From NCBI GenBank assembly GCA_902788735.1, contig CADALJ010000006.1, positions 1 through 43,814 on the forward strand: a stretch of DNA of 43,814 bases. The letters run 5' to 3'. Each line of letters opens with the position of its first letter. Within the stretch, counting starts at the first letter, position 1. The notes beneath the pieces were generated by a model. The model ran no database searches. It worked only from the letters and a program-made list of their open reading frames with translations, and was not told the DNA's origin. This stretch comes from an uncultured Erysipelotrichaceae bacterium. GTDB lineage: Bacteria; Bacillota_I; Bacilli_A; RF39; UBA660. The position numbers and the translations under genes are program-made. This document shows, piece by piece, positions 8,271 through 16,468 of the stretch.

Positions 8271-8456
8271 ATGCCAAAAATTAAAACACATAAAGGAACA
8301 GCTAAGGTTGTTACTAAAAGAAAAAATGATGTAAAAATTGGAAAACCAGGAAGTAGACATAATACTGGTTCAAAAAGTGCTAGCTTTAATAGAAGCTGCA
8401 GAAAGGGATCTAACCTAAGTAAGGCAGATCAAAATAGATTAAAGAATATAATCTAA
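8271..8456 (+). CDS. rpmI: 50S ribosomal protein L35 (divergent)
   Basis: MPKIKTHKG start; position between infC and rplT. Confidence 0.85.
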   Translation: MPKIKTHKGTAKVVTKRKNDVKIGKPGSRHNTGSKSASFNRSCRKGSNLSKADQNRLKNII

Positions 8457-8480
8457 TAAATTTTGAAGGAGGGAATATAG

Positions 8481-9086
8481 ATGGCAAGAGTAAAGAATGG
8501 AGCAGTTACAAAAGCTCGTCATAAAAAAGTTTTAAAAGAAGCTAAAGGTTACTTTGGTAGTAAACATAGATTATATAAAACAGCTAAAGAACAATTAATG
8601 CATTCTGGACAATATGCATTTAGAGACAGAAAACAAAAGAAAAGAGATTTCAGAAAATTATGGATTACAAGAATCAATGCAGCTTGTAGATTAAACGATA
8701 TTTCTTATTCAAGATTTATTGAAGGATTAAATAAAGCTGGAGTTGAAATTAATAGAAAGATGTTAAGTGAAATCGCTATTAATGATCCAAAAGCATTTAC
8801 AGAACTTGTAAAAGTTGCTAAAGATGGTAAAGCTGGTAAAGTTAAACCTGCTACAGAAGTTACTGGAAATGAAGTAACTATTGGATCAGCAAAAAAAGAA
8901 ACTAAGAAAGAAACTAAGGCTGAAGTAAAAGAAGATAAAAAGGAAGAAAAGAAAACTACAACTAAGAAAGTAGCTACAGCAAAAAAAGAAGTTAAAGAAG
9001 AAAAACCAGTAGCTAAAAAAGCTACTACAGCAAAGAAAACAACTACAACTAAGAAAGCTACAACTACTAAAAAAACTACAAAATAA
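8481..9086 (+). CDS. rplT: 50S ribosomal protein L20 with Lys/Thr/Glu-rich C-terminal extension
   Basis: [42 protein letters not shown]. Confidence 0.97.
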   Translation: MARVKNGAVTKARHKKVLKEAKGYFGSKHRLYKTAKEQLMHSGQYAFRDRKQKKRDFRKLWITRINAACRLNDISYSRFIEGLNKAGVEINRKMLSEIAINDPKAFTELVKVAKDGKAGKVKPATEVTGNEVTIGSAKKETKKETKAEVKEDKKEEKKTTTKKVATAKKEVKEEKPVAKKATTAKKTTTTKKATTTKKTTK

Positions 9087-9089
9087 TAA

Positions 9090-9152
9090 ACATACTAATG
9101 AATTGACTAGTCTAGTGCCCAATGGGTGATTGGTTTTAGAAATTAGTAGAAG
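9090..9152 (+). ncRNA. rpsB (S2) leader-like RNA structure
   Basis: nested pairings TACTAAT/ATTAGTA, GACTAGTC/GATTGGTT, GCCC/GGGT directly upstream of rpsB. Confidence 0.55.
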
Positions 9153-9179
9153 ATAAAAACGAAAAGGAGAATTAAAAAA

Positions 9180-10172
9180 ATGACTGTTATATCAATGAAT
9201 TATTTATTAGAAGCTGGTGTTCAATTTGGACATCAAAAGAGAAGATGGAATCCAAAAATGAAGGAATATATCTTCACTACAAGAGATGATATTTATATTA
9301 TCGATTTACAAAAAACTGTTAAAAAATTAGAAGAAGCTTATGAAGCTTTAAAAGAAATTGCACAAAATGAAGGAAAAGTATTATTCGTAGGTACTAAAAA
9401 ACAAGCTCAAGAAGCTGCTGAAGAATGTGCTACAAGAACTAACATGTATTTCGTAAACGAAAGATGGTTAGGTGGAACTTTAACAAACTTCAAAACTATC
9501 CGTTCAAGAATTAGAAGAATGGAAGAAATCGAAAAAATGGAAGAAGACGGAACTTTCGATGCTTTACCAAAGAAAGAAGTAATCGGTCTTAAAAAAGAAT
9601 ACGAAAAATTAAACAAGAACTTAAGAGGAATTCGTGAAATGAAGAAAATGCCTCAAGCAATGGTTATTGTTGATCCTCGTAAAGAAGAAATAGCTATTAA
9701 AGAAGCTCATATTTTAGGAATACCAGTATTTGGTGTAGTTGATACAAACTGTGATCCAGATATGGTTGATTATGTTATTCCAGGTAATGATGATGCAGTA
9801 AGATCTGTTAAGTTATTAATTGGTGCTTTAACTAATGCAATTGCTGAAGTTAACGGAAATGAAGTAATTGATTATATTACTGAAGATGAAAAAACTGTTA
9901 AAGAAGAAGCAACTACAAAAGAAGATACAGTAGAAGTTAAAGAAGAAAAGAAACCTGCTAAAAAGGCAGTTAAAAAAGAAGAAGTAAAAGAAGTAACTCC
10001 TGAAGTAAAGGAAGAAGTTAAAGTTAAAGAAGAAAAGAAACCTGCTAAGAAAGCAGCTGAAGATTTAGATTCATTAACATTAGCTGATTTAAAAGCAAAA
10101 GCTAAAGATGCTGGAATCAAAGGTTATTCAACAATGAAGAAAGCAGAAATTATTGAAGCTTTATCTAAGTAA
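9180..10172 (+). CDS. rpsB: 30S ribosomal protein S2 with acidic/Lys linker and C-terminal Rho-N-like domain
   Basis: [37 protein letters not shown]. Confidence 0.97.
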   Translation: MTVISMNYLLEAGVQFGHQKRRWNPKMKEYIFTTRDDIYIIDLQKTVKKLEEAYEALKEIAQNEGKVLFVGTKKQAQEAAEECATRTNMYFVNERWLGGTLTNFKTIRSRIRRMEEIEKMEEDGTFDALPKKEVIGLKKEYEKLNKNLRGIREMKKMPQAMVIVDPRKEEIAIKEAHILGIPVFGVVDTNCDPDMVDYVIPGNDDAVRSVKLLIGALTNAIAEVNGNEVIDYITEDEKTVKEEATTKEDTVEVKEEKKPAKKAVKKEEVKEVTPEVKEEVKVKEEKKPAKKAAEDLDSLTLADLKAKAKDAGIKGYSTMKKAEIIEALSK

Positions 10173-10183
10173 TTTTACTTATT

Positions 10184-10210
10184 AAGGAGTGAGGTTTCAC
10201 TCCTTTTTCT
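10184..10210 (+). terminator. terminator/attenuator hairpin between rpsB and tsf
   Basis: AAGGAGTGA-GGTT-TCACTCCTT followed by TTT. Confidence 0.6.
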
Positions 10211-10252
10211 AAATATAGTTTATAATTAATAAGAAAGAATTGGAGGATTAAT

Positions 10253-11065
10253 ATGTTTAGTGCAAGTGATGTAAAAGAATTAAGAGAAAAAACTGGTGCA
10301 GGAATGATGGATTGCAAAAAAGCATTAGATGCCTGCGAAGGAAATATGGAAAAGGCTATTGATTGGCTTAGAGAAAAAGGTATTGCTAAAGCAGCTAAGA
10401 AAGAATCAAGAATTGCTGCTGAAGGAATTACTGAAGTAGCAGAAAATGGTAATGAAGCAGTTATACTTGAAGTTAACTGTGAAACAGATTTTGTTACTAA
10501 AAATGAAAAATTTACTAATTTAGTAAATGAGATAAGAGATACTTTAATGAGTAGTGATGCTAAAACAACAGAAGAAGCAAAAAAAGTTAAACTTTCTAGT
10601 GGTAAAACTGTTGAAGAAGCTATAGTTGAAGCTTCACATATGGGTGGAAAAATTACTGTAGTAGTTGTAGTAAAAGGATCAAATGTTGATGTAGCAAGAG
10701 ATGTAGCTATGCAAGCATGTGCTATGAGTCCAGTTGCTGTAAATCGTGATAATGTTCCAACTGAAATGGTTGAACATGAAAAAGAAATGATTTTAGCAGA
10801 GATTAAAAACGATCCTAAAAATGAATCTAAATCAGAAGAAATCTTAGATAAGATGGCTACTGGTAGATTATCTAAATTCTTTAAAGAAAATTGTTTAGTA
10901 GAACAAGATTTCATTAAAGATTCATCTATGACTGTTGCTAAATATGCAGAAGCTAATGGATGTGAAGTTTTATCAATGGTAAGATATGCTGTTGGTGAAG
11001 GTATTGAAAAACGTCAAGAAAACTTTGCTGAAGAAGTAGCTGCTCAAATAGATGCTGCAAACTAA
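10253..11065 (+). CDS. tsf: elongation factor Ts (internal segment apparently missing)
   Basis: LREKTGAGMMDCKKAL, EVNCETDFV, GEGIEK; conserved IGEKI..RRF segment absent. Confidence 0.93.
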   Translation: MFSASDVKELREKTGAGMMDCKKALDACEGNMEKAIDWLREKGIAKAAKKESRIAAEGITEVAENGNEAVILEVNCETDFVTKNEKFTNLVNEIRDTLMSSDAKTTEEAKKVKLSSGKTVEEAIVEASHMGGKITVVVVVKGSNVDVARDVAMQACAMSPVAVNRDNVPTEMVEHEKEMILAEIKNDPKNESKSEEILDKMATGRLSKFFKENCLVEQDFIKDSSMTVAKYAEANGCEVLSMVRYAVGEGIEKRQENFAEEVAAQIDAAN

Positions 11066-11133
11066 AAAGAAAGAAAAAACTTTCTTTTTTTTTGTTTTTC
11101 GAATATACTTATATATATAATAGAGGTGAGTAT

Positions 11134-13227
11134 ATGAAGAAAGATAACATTGAAAAAATTGATGAACAAATAGAAAGTTTGAAGAATGTTTCTAAGAAAA
11201 CAGATAAGACTTCTAAGGTTATAATAGATAGAAAATATGATTATGATGATATAGGAGAAAATGATACTAAAAAGATAGATACTATTGAAGATATAAAAGA
11301 AGATAGTCTTGAAAAGACAAAAGAAATTGAACAGGTATCTGATGTGGTAGAAGAAAATAGTGAGCCAAAAGAAATTACTGAAGAATTTAAAAACGAAATA
11401 GAACCACCTAAAAAGAAAAATGTATTAATGCCAATATTAATAGGATGTGGTTTATTAATCATTATTTTAATCATTATTTTAGTAATAGTACTACAACCTA
11501 AAAAAAATACTTCATCTACTAATAATGATAAAGTTCTTACTAAAAATGAACAAAAAAAAGTAATTAATGGTTATGGGGATGCATTAAAAGGTGTTATTGC
11601 TGTATATTCTGAAAAACAAAATGTATTATTAGAATATGATGATGCAATTAAGTTAATTGATTATAAGTATAAAGTTGTTTGCAAAACACATGAGATATAT
11701 GAAGATGGTTCAGTTTATTTAGATAAATGTATGATTGATGATAAGTCTACTAGTTATTCTTATGGTGAAAAACAAGAAAAGAAAGAAGAACCTAAGATTA
11801 GTGAAGATGCTATTAAAGTTTATGTATCTAAGAAAGATAATAAATCTACATTGACTGAACCTAAAAATTTAGATGATTATGATATGTATGCATTTGAAAT
11901 TGATGGTGCTTATTCAGATTTAACTTTACTTAGTGATTCTAGTGATTATATATTCTATAGTGATGCTGAATATAATGTTCATATGATTAATTTTAAAACT
12001 AATAAAAAAGTTATGAATAATTTAACATATCAAGCAGTACTTCCAATAAAAATAGGCGATATATATGATACCAAATATGTAGCTATTAAGATGAATGATA
12101 AATGGGGTATTTATAATATTACTAATAATGAGAGAACTGTTTCCCATAAATATGATAGTATAACTCCTACACTTTATATGGGAACAAGTGGACCAGCATT
12201 ATTTATTAGTACATTAGATGAGGGAATAGTTGCTGTTGCTAATTATGGTGATACTCCATCTTATGGTGTTATTGATTATAAAAGTGGTAAAGAATTAATT
12301 AAACAAGAATATAAAAGTATGTTAAAGAGTGGTTCTTATTTGTGGGCTGTAGATTATTATGATGAAGGACATATATTTGATTATAATGGTGTGGAATATT
12401 TAAATGGAAAATATGATAATATATACTGGATGGTTGATGGCAAATATGTTTTAGTAAATGATCAAGGAGAAACAAAAATAGTATCTATAAAAGGAAAAGA
12501 TATTTATTCATATGGAAAAGTTAATATAGGTAGAATTAATTATGGTTTAACTTATAATAATGGTGCATTATTCCAATTTGAAAATCCATCAAAAGATGAA
12601 AATGATTATAATACTGGGTGTGTTGAATTAATATATGATTCATCTACTAAAACAGGAGAAGTAAAAACAAGTTTCTGTGGTGGAATTGCTAAACCAGTAC
12701 TTTATTTATATCCTAAGAAAACTACTAAAGTAAAAGTAACTTTTGAACATCCAGAATATTTAGAAACTACTTATCCTAAATATATGGGTAGTTGGGAAGT
12801 AAAAGCTTATACAAATGGTGATTTATATGATAATAATGGTGCATACTACTATGCATTATATTGGGATGAAAAACAAGTTCACAGTGTAGATTTTTCTACA
12901 GGATATTATGTAGAAAAAGATAATGCTATAGAATTCTTAGAGCAAAAATTATCATATATAGGATTATCTAGACGTGAAGCTAATGAATTTATAATGTATT
13001 GGTTACCAGTGCTAGAAAAAAATGAAAAAAGTTTAGTTTATTTTGAACTTACAGAAGAAAGAGAAAGTTATAATAAATTAAATATTTCTCCTAAACCAGA
13101 TTCATTATTAAGATTAGTAATTCATATTAAAAAGGTTGATAAAAAGGTAAATATTCCTAAACAAAATTTAACTAAGCTACAAAGAAAAGGATTTGTAGCA
13201 GTTGAATGGGGAGGAACAACTTATTAA
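11134..13227 (+). CDS. membrane-anchored surface protein with C-terminal KPxxYLYP...VEWGG domain
   Basis: charged N-terminus, one TM, beta-rich WG-like repeats, uncharacterised C-terminal domain; GAGGTG RBS before ATG 11134. Confidence 0.7.
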   Translation: MKKDNIEKIDEQIESLKNVSKKTDKTSKVIIDRKYDYDDIGENDTKKIDTIEDIKEDSLEKTKEIEQVSDVVEENSEPKEITEEFKNEIEPPKKKNVLMPILIGCGLLIIILIIILVIVLQPKKNTSSTNNDKVLTKNEQKKVINGYGDALKGVIAVYSEKQNVLLEYDDAIKLIDYKYKVVCKTHEIYEDGSVYLDKCMIDDKSTSYSYGEKQEKKEEPKISEDAIKVYVSKKDNKSTLTEPKNLDDYDMYAFEIDGAYSDLTLLSDSSDYIFYSDAEYNVHMINFKTNKKVMNNLTYQAVLPIKIGDIYDTKYVAIKMNDKWGIYNITNNERTVSHKYDSITPTLYMGTSGPALFISTLDEGIVAVANYGDTPSYGVIDYKSGKELIKQEYKSMLKSGSYLWAVDYYDEGHIFDYNGVEYLNGKYDNIYWMVDGKYVLVNDQGETKIVSIKGKDIYSYGKVNIGRINYGLTYNNGALFQFENPSKDENDYNTGCVELIYDSSTKTGEVKTSFCGGIAKPVLYLYPKKTTKVKVTFEHPEYLETTYPKYMGSWEVKAYTNGDLYDNNGAYYYALYWDEKQVHSVDFSTGYYVEKDNAIEFLEQKLSYIGLSRREANEFIMYWLPVLEKNEKSLVYFELTEERESYNKLNISPKPDSLLRLVIHIKKVDKKVNIPKQNLTKLQRKGFVAVEWGGTTY

Positions 13228-13299
13228 AAAAGTGACAAGTAGTAAATTACTACTTGTTTTTTTTCTATTTTTTGATATAATATAGACGCATATAAGGGG

Positions 13300-13887
13300 A
13301 TGAGTGCGATGAGTAAAAAGGCTAATGTAAAGAAAAAATCTACTACTAAAAAAGTAGATAAGAAACAAGATGAATTATTAAAAGATAAGAAAATTATTGA
13401 AAATACTGATATTATTAAAGCGGAAAAAAGTAAAAGTAAGAAAAATACTACTTCTAAGAAATCAAATACAAAGAAGCAAACTGTAAAAAAGGAAGCTACT
13501 TTAAAAAATGCAAAAAAAAGTGTAAAGAAAACAACAACTAAAAAAGCTGATACAGTCAAAAAAACACCTACTAAGAAAACAACTAATAAGGCTAAAGATA
13601 AGTTTGTTATTGTTACCGATGAAACTATTGATAATAATAATGAATCAAGTGAATCTCTAAAAAAATTAAATGCTTTATCTAATCAAATAAGAGATTTATA
13701 CGAAAAGTTAGAAGAAAAACAAGAAGTAATTTCTATAGATAATGTTTATATTAATGGTAATGAAGACGATGAAAGAATAGATAAAGCATATATTATATTA
13801 AATAGAATAACTATAATTTTATTTATTATATTTATGATACTTTTGATTGCTTTTATTGCATTTGTTATTTATATATGTACTTATTAG
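13300..13887 (+). CDS. Lys-rich low-complexity protein with C-terminal TM anchor
   Basis: KK-T-T-KK repeats, short coiled coil, terminal hydrophobic helix; TG-TATAAT promoter upstream. Confidence 0.7.
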   Translation: MSAMSKKANVKKKSTTKKVDKKQDELLKDKKIIENTDIIKAEKSKSKKNTTSKKSNTKKQTVKKEATLKNAKKSVKKTTTKKADTVKKTPTKKTTNKAKDKFVIVTDETIDNNNESSESLKKLNALSNQIRDLYEKLEEKQEVISIDNVYINGNEDDERIDKAYIILNRITIILFIIFMILLIAFIAFVIYICTY

Positions 13888-13947
13888 TACATATTTTTCT
13901 TTATTTTAAGATTAAAATATAATATAATTATTTCAAGGAGAGATAAA

Positions 13948-14496
13948 ATGAATACTGATGAATTATTATTAGAAGTTACTGATAAATTTGATAAGACGTT
14001 AGAAAGTTTAGAAAAAAGATTTGCTACTGTTAGAGCTGGTCGTGCTAATCCATCTAGTCTAGATGGAATTATGGTTGAGTATTATGGAGTTATGACACCA
14101 TTAAAACAATTAGCTACTATTTCAGTGCCTGAAGCAAGACAATTATTAATTAAACCTTTTGATAAAGGAGCTTTATCTGGTATAGAAAAAGCAATTTTAA
14201 CATCTAATTTAGGATACAATCCTGGTAATGATGGAGAGACTATTAGAATAGTTATTCCTGAACTTACAGAAGAAAGAAGAAGAGAACTTGCTAAACAAGT
14301 TAAAGCAATTTCAGAAGATGCAAAAGTATCAGTAAGAAATATAAGACATGATGGATTAGAAGATTTAAAGAAATTAGAACTTCCAGAAGATGAAGAAAAG
14401 GGCGTTGAAAAAGAAATTCAAGATTTAGTAAATGAATATAATAAAAAAATTGAAGATTTATTAAAAGAAAAAGAAAATGAATTACTTACTGTATAG
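13948..14496 (+). CDS. frr: ribosome recycling factor
   Basis: RAGRANP, VEYYG, PELTEERRREL, VRNIR. Confidence 0.97.
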   Translation: MNTDELLLEVTDKFDKTLESLEKRFATVRAGRANPSSLDGIMVEYYGVMTPLKQLATISVPEARQLLIKPFDKGALSGIEKAILTSNLGYNPGNDGETIRIVIPELTEERRRELAKQVKAISEDAKVSVRNIRHDGLEDLKKLELPEDEEKGVEKEIQDLVNEYNKKIEDLLKEKENELLTV

Positions 14497-14524
14497 TAAG
14501 TAATTTTTATATTTATGAAAAAAC

Positions 14525-14553
14525 TTGTAAAAGAATATAAATAGTGTTATAAT
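14525..14553 (+). promoter_or_regulatory. sigma-A promoter of Phe T-box operon
   Basis: TTGTAA-17 bp-TATAAT with extended TG. Confidence 0.8.
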
Positions 14554-14560
14554 TTATACA

Positions 14561-14772
14561 TCGATGGAGATATAGAAGTAGTAGTAAATGATTTACTTAT
14601 AGAGAGACTATGTGAGGTGGAAATAGTCAGTAATAGTTTATGAATTCGTCTATGGAGTTCTTATTAATAGTAAGCGTGTGACTTTCGTTACAAGTCTAGA
14701 GTGTATAGTAATAACTATAAAGTAAGGTGGTACCGCGAGTAAATCGTCCTTACATTTATAGTTATTTTTTTT
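14561..14772 (+). ncRNA. Phe T-box riboswitch
   Basis: AGTA, AGAGA and GGTGGAA Stem I motifs; GAA-TTC specifier (Phe UUC at 14645-14647); AAGG-TGGTACC-GCG T-box at 14724-14737; upstream of pheST. Confidence 0.92.
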
Positions 14773-14783
14773 GGGGGAATATT

Positions 14784-15407
14784 ATGAAAAGATTTATATT
14801 TGCTTTAGATGATACATTATTAACTAAAAATTATAATTTAGAGAAAGAGTATTTTGAAAGTATTTATGGAAATGATAGTACTAAATTACTTAATGGTCTT
14901 AGTGTATATTTAAATAGTTATGAAAATTCGTATTCAAAATATGATAGAGATAAGTTGTGTAGGTATTTAAATTATGTAAGTGGCTTAAAGTTTACTTTAG
15001 AAATACTAGATGGTTGGAATGAAGTAATAGGTAATCAGCATTGTAAAACAGAAGAAGGAACTATTGAATTATTAGAATATTTAAAAGGTAAAGGATATAG
15101 TCTATCTATTTTAACTAATTGGTTTAGAGAACCTCAAATTAAAAAAATTCAAAATGCTGGTTTAATAGAATATTTTGATGATATATATACAGGAGATGAG
15201 GTACTAAAGCCAAATAAAGAAGCATATATATGTGCGAAAGATCGATTTAGTTTTAATGATTGTGTTGTAATAGGTGATGATCTTAGAAAAGATTATATGG
15301 TGCCTAGAGAATTAAACATGGGTGCAATTCTTTATGATAAGACTGATTTACAAAGAAGTGGCATAGTTAAAGTAAAAAGAATGAATGAAATAATGGAAAA
15401 ATTTTAG
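14784..15407 (+). CDS. HAD-superfamily hydrolase (motif I first Asp replaced by Ala)
   Basis: FIFALDDTL, LTNW, KP, IGDD...D motifs; GGGGGA RBS before ATG 14784. Confidence 0.85.
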   Translation: MKRFIFALDDTLLTKNYNLEKEYFESIYGNDSTKLLNGLSVYLNSYENSYSKYDRDKLCRYLNYVSGLKFTLEILDGWNEVIGNQHCKTEEGTIELLEYLKGKGYSLSILTNWFREPQIKKIQNAGLIEYFDDIYTGDEVLKPNKEAYICAKDRFSFNDCVVIGDDLRKDYMVPRELNMGAILYDKTDLQRSGIVKVKRMNEIMEKF

Positions 15408-15415
15408 GAGGATAT

Positions 15416-16468
15416 ATGGAAAATAAAAAGGTATTAGAAATAAAAGAATTAATGAAAAATGATTTAGTTGATTCTGTTGATATGAATAAATTAAATGATT
15501 TAAAAGTAAAGTATTTAGGTAAAAAAGGTTTGATTACTCTTCTTAATAGTGAGATTAAAAATATTCCTAATGAAGAAAAAAAAGAATTTGGAATGATGGT
15601 AAATGAACTTAGAAATGATTTTAATAATTACTATGAAAATAAAAAACAAGAATTAGAAAGCGCTTTATTAAATGAAAAATTAAGTAAAGAAGCTATTGAT
15701 ATTACTTTACCTAGTAAAAAGATTAAGAGAGGTTCATTAAACCCTATGACTAGAATAACTGAAGAGTTTGAGGATTTATTTGTGTCTATGGGTTATACAG
15801 TATTTGAAGGACCTGAACTTGAAAGTGATGAGAATTGTTTCCAAAAGTTAAATTTACCTAAGGGACATCCAGCAAGAGATGCACAAGATACATTCTATTT
15901 AAAAGATGAAGTAGAAAATTATTTATTAAGAAGTCAAACTTCTACTGCACAAGTTAGAGCAATGGAAGAAAATATTGATAAGGGCCCTATTAGAATAGTT
16001 TGTCCAGGTAAAGTTTATAGAAGAGATGAAGATGCAACTCATTCACATCAATTTATGCAAATAGAGGGATTAGTTATTGATAAAAATATTTCAATGGCTG
16101 ACTTAAAAGGAACTCTTGAAGTAATGATGAAACATGTTTTAGGAGAAAAGACTGAAGTTAGATTTAGACCAAGTTATTTTCCATTTACTGAACCTAGTGT
16201 AGAAGTAGATGTAACATGCTTTAAATGTGGTGGAAAGGGATGTAATCTTTGTAAAGATACAGGTTGGATTGAAGTATTAGGTGCTGGTATGGTACATCCT
16301 GATGTACTTACTATGAGTGGATATGATCCTAATGTATACCAAGGATTTGCATTCGGTACAGGATTAGATAGAATGGCTATGTTTAAGTATGGTATTCCAG
16401 ATATTAGAACTATCTATGGAAATGATTTAAGATTTATTAATCAATTTGATAGAAAGGATGATGAATAA
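15416..16468 (+). CDS. pheS: phenylalanine--tRNA ligase alpha subunit
   Basis: HPARDAQDTF, LLRSQTS, FRPSYFPFTEPS, GFAFG.GLDR. Confidence 0.98.
   Translation: MENKKVLEIKELMKNDLVDSVDMNKLNDLKVKYLGKKGLITLLNSEIKNIPNEEKKEFGMMVNELRNDFNNYYENKKQELESALLNEKLSKEAIDITLPSKKIKRGSLNPMTRITEEFEDLFVSMGYTVFEGPELESDENCFQKLNLPKGHPARDAQDTFYLKDEVENYLLRSQTSTAQVRAMEENIDKGPIRIVCPGKVYRRDEDATHSHQFMQIEGLVIDKNISMADLKGTLEVMMKHVLGEKTEVRFRPSYFPFTEPSVEVDVTCFKCGGKGCNLCKDTGWIEVLGAGMVHPDVLTMSGYDPNVYQGFAFGTGLDRMAMFKYGIPDIRTIYGNDLRFINQFDRKDDE

Noticed and set aside
8890-9086. Repeats in the rplT tail as a CRISPR or minisatellite array
   Set aside because: Degenerate at third codon positions, so they are protein-level low complexity; no repeat-spacer structure or cas genes.
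10184-10205. Shared AAGGAGTGAG between the rpsB-tsf hairpin and the rimP leader (23278-23287)
   Set aside because: Only a 10-bp match with different loops; insufficient to claim a repeat family or common regulator.
8886-10914. Minus-strand ORFs opposite rplT, rpsB and tsf (and similar ones opposite pheT, nusA, infB, pnp, smc and the DHH gene)
   Set aside because: Antisense shadows of codon-biased genes; Phe/Ser/Leu-rich, with no RBS or motifs.
14727-14783. ORF-track N-terminal extension of the HAD gene as a leader peptide
   Set aside because: It is the T-box antiterminator read in frame; the real RBS precedes ATG 14784.
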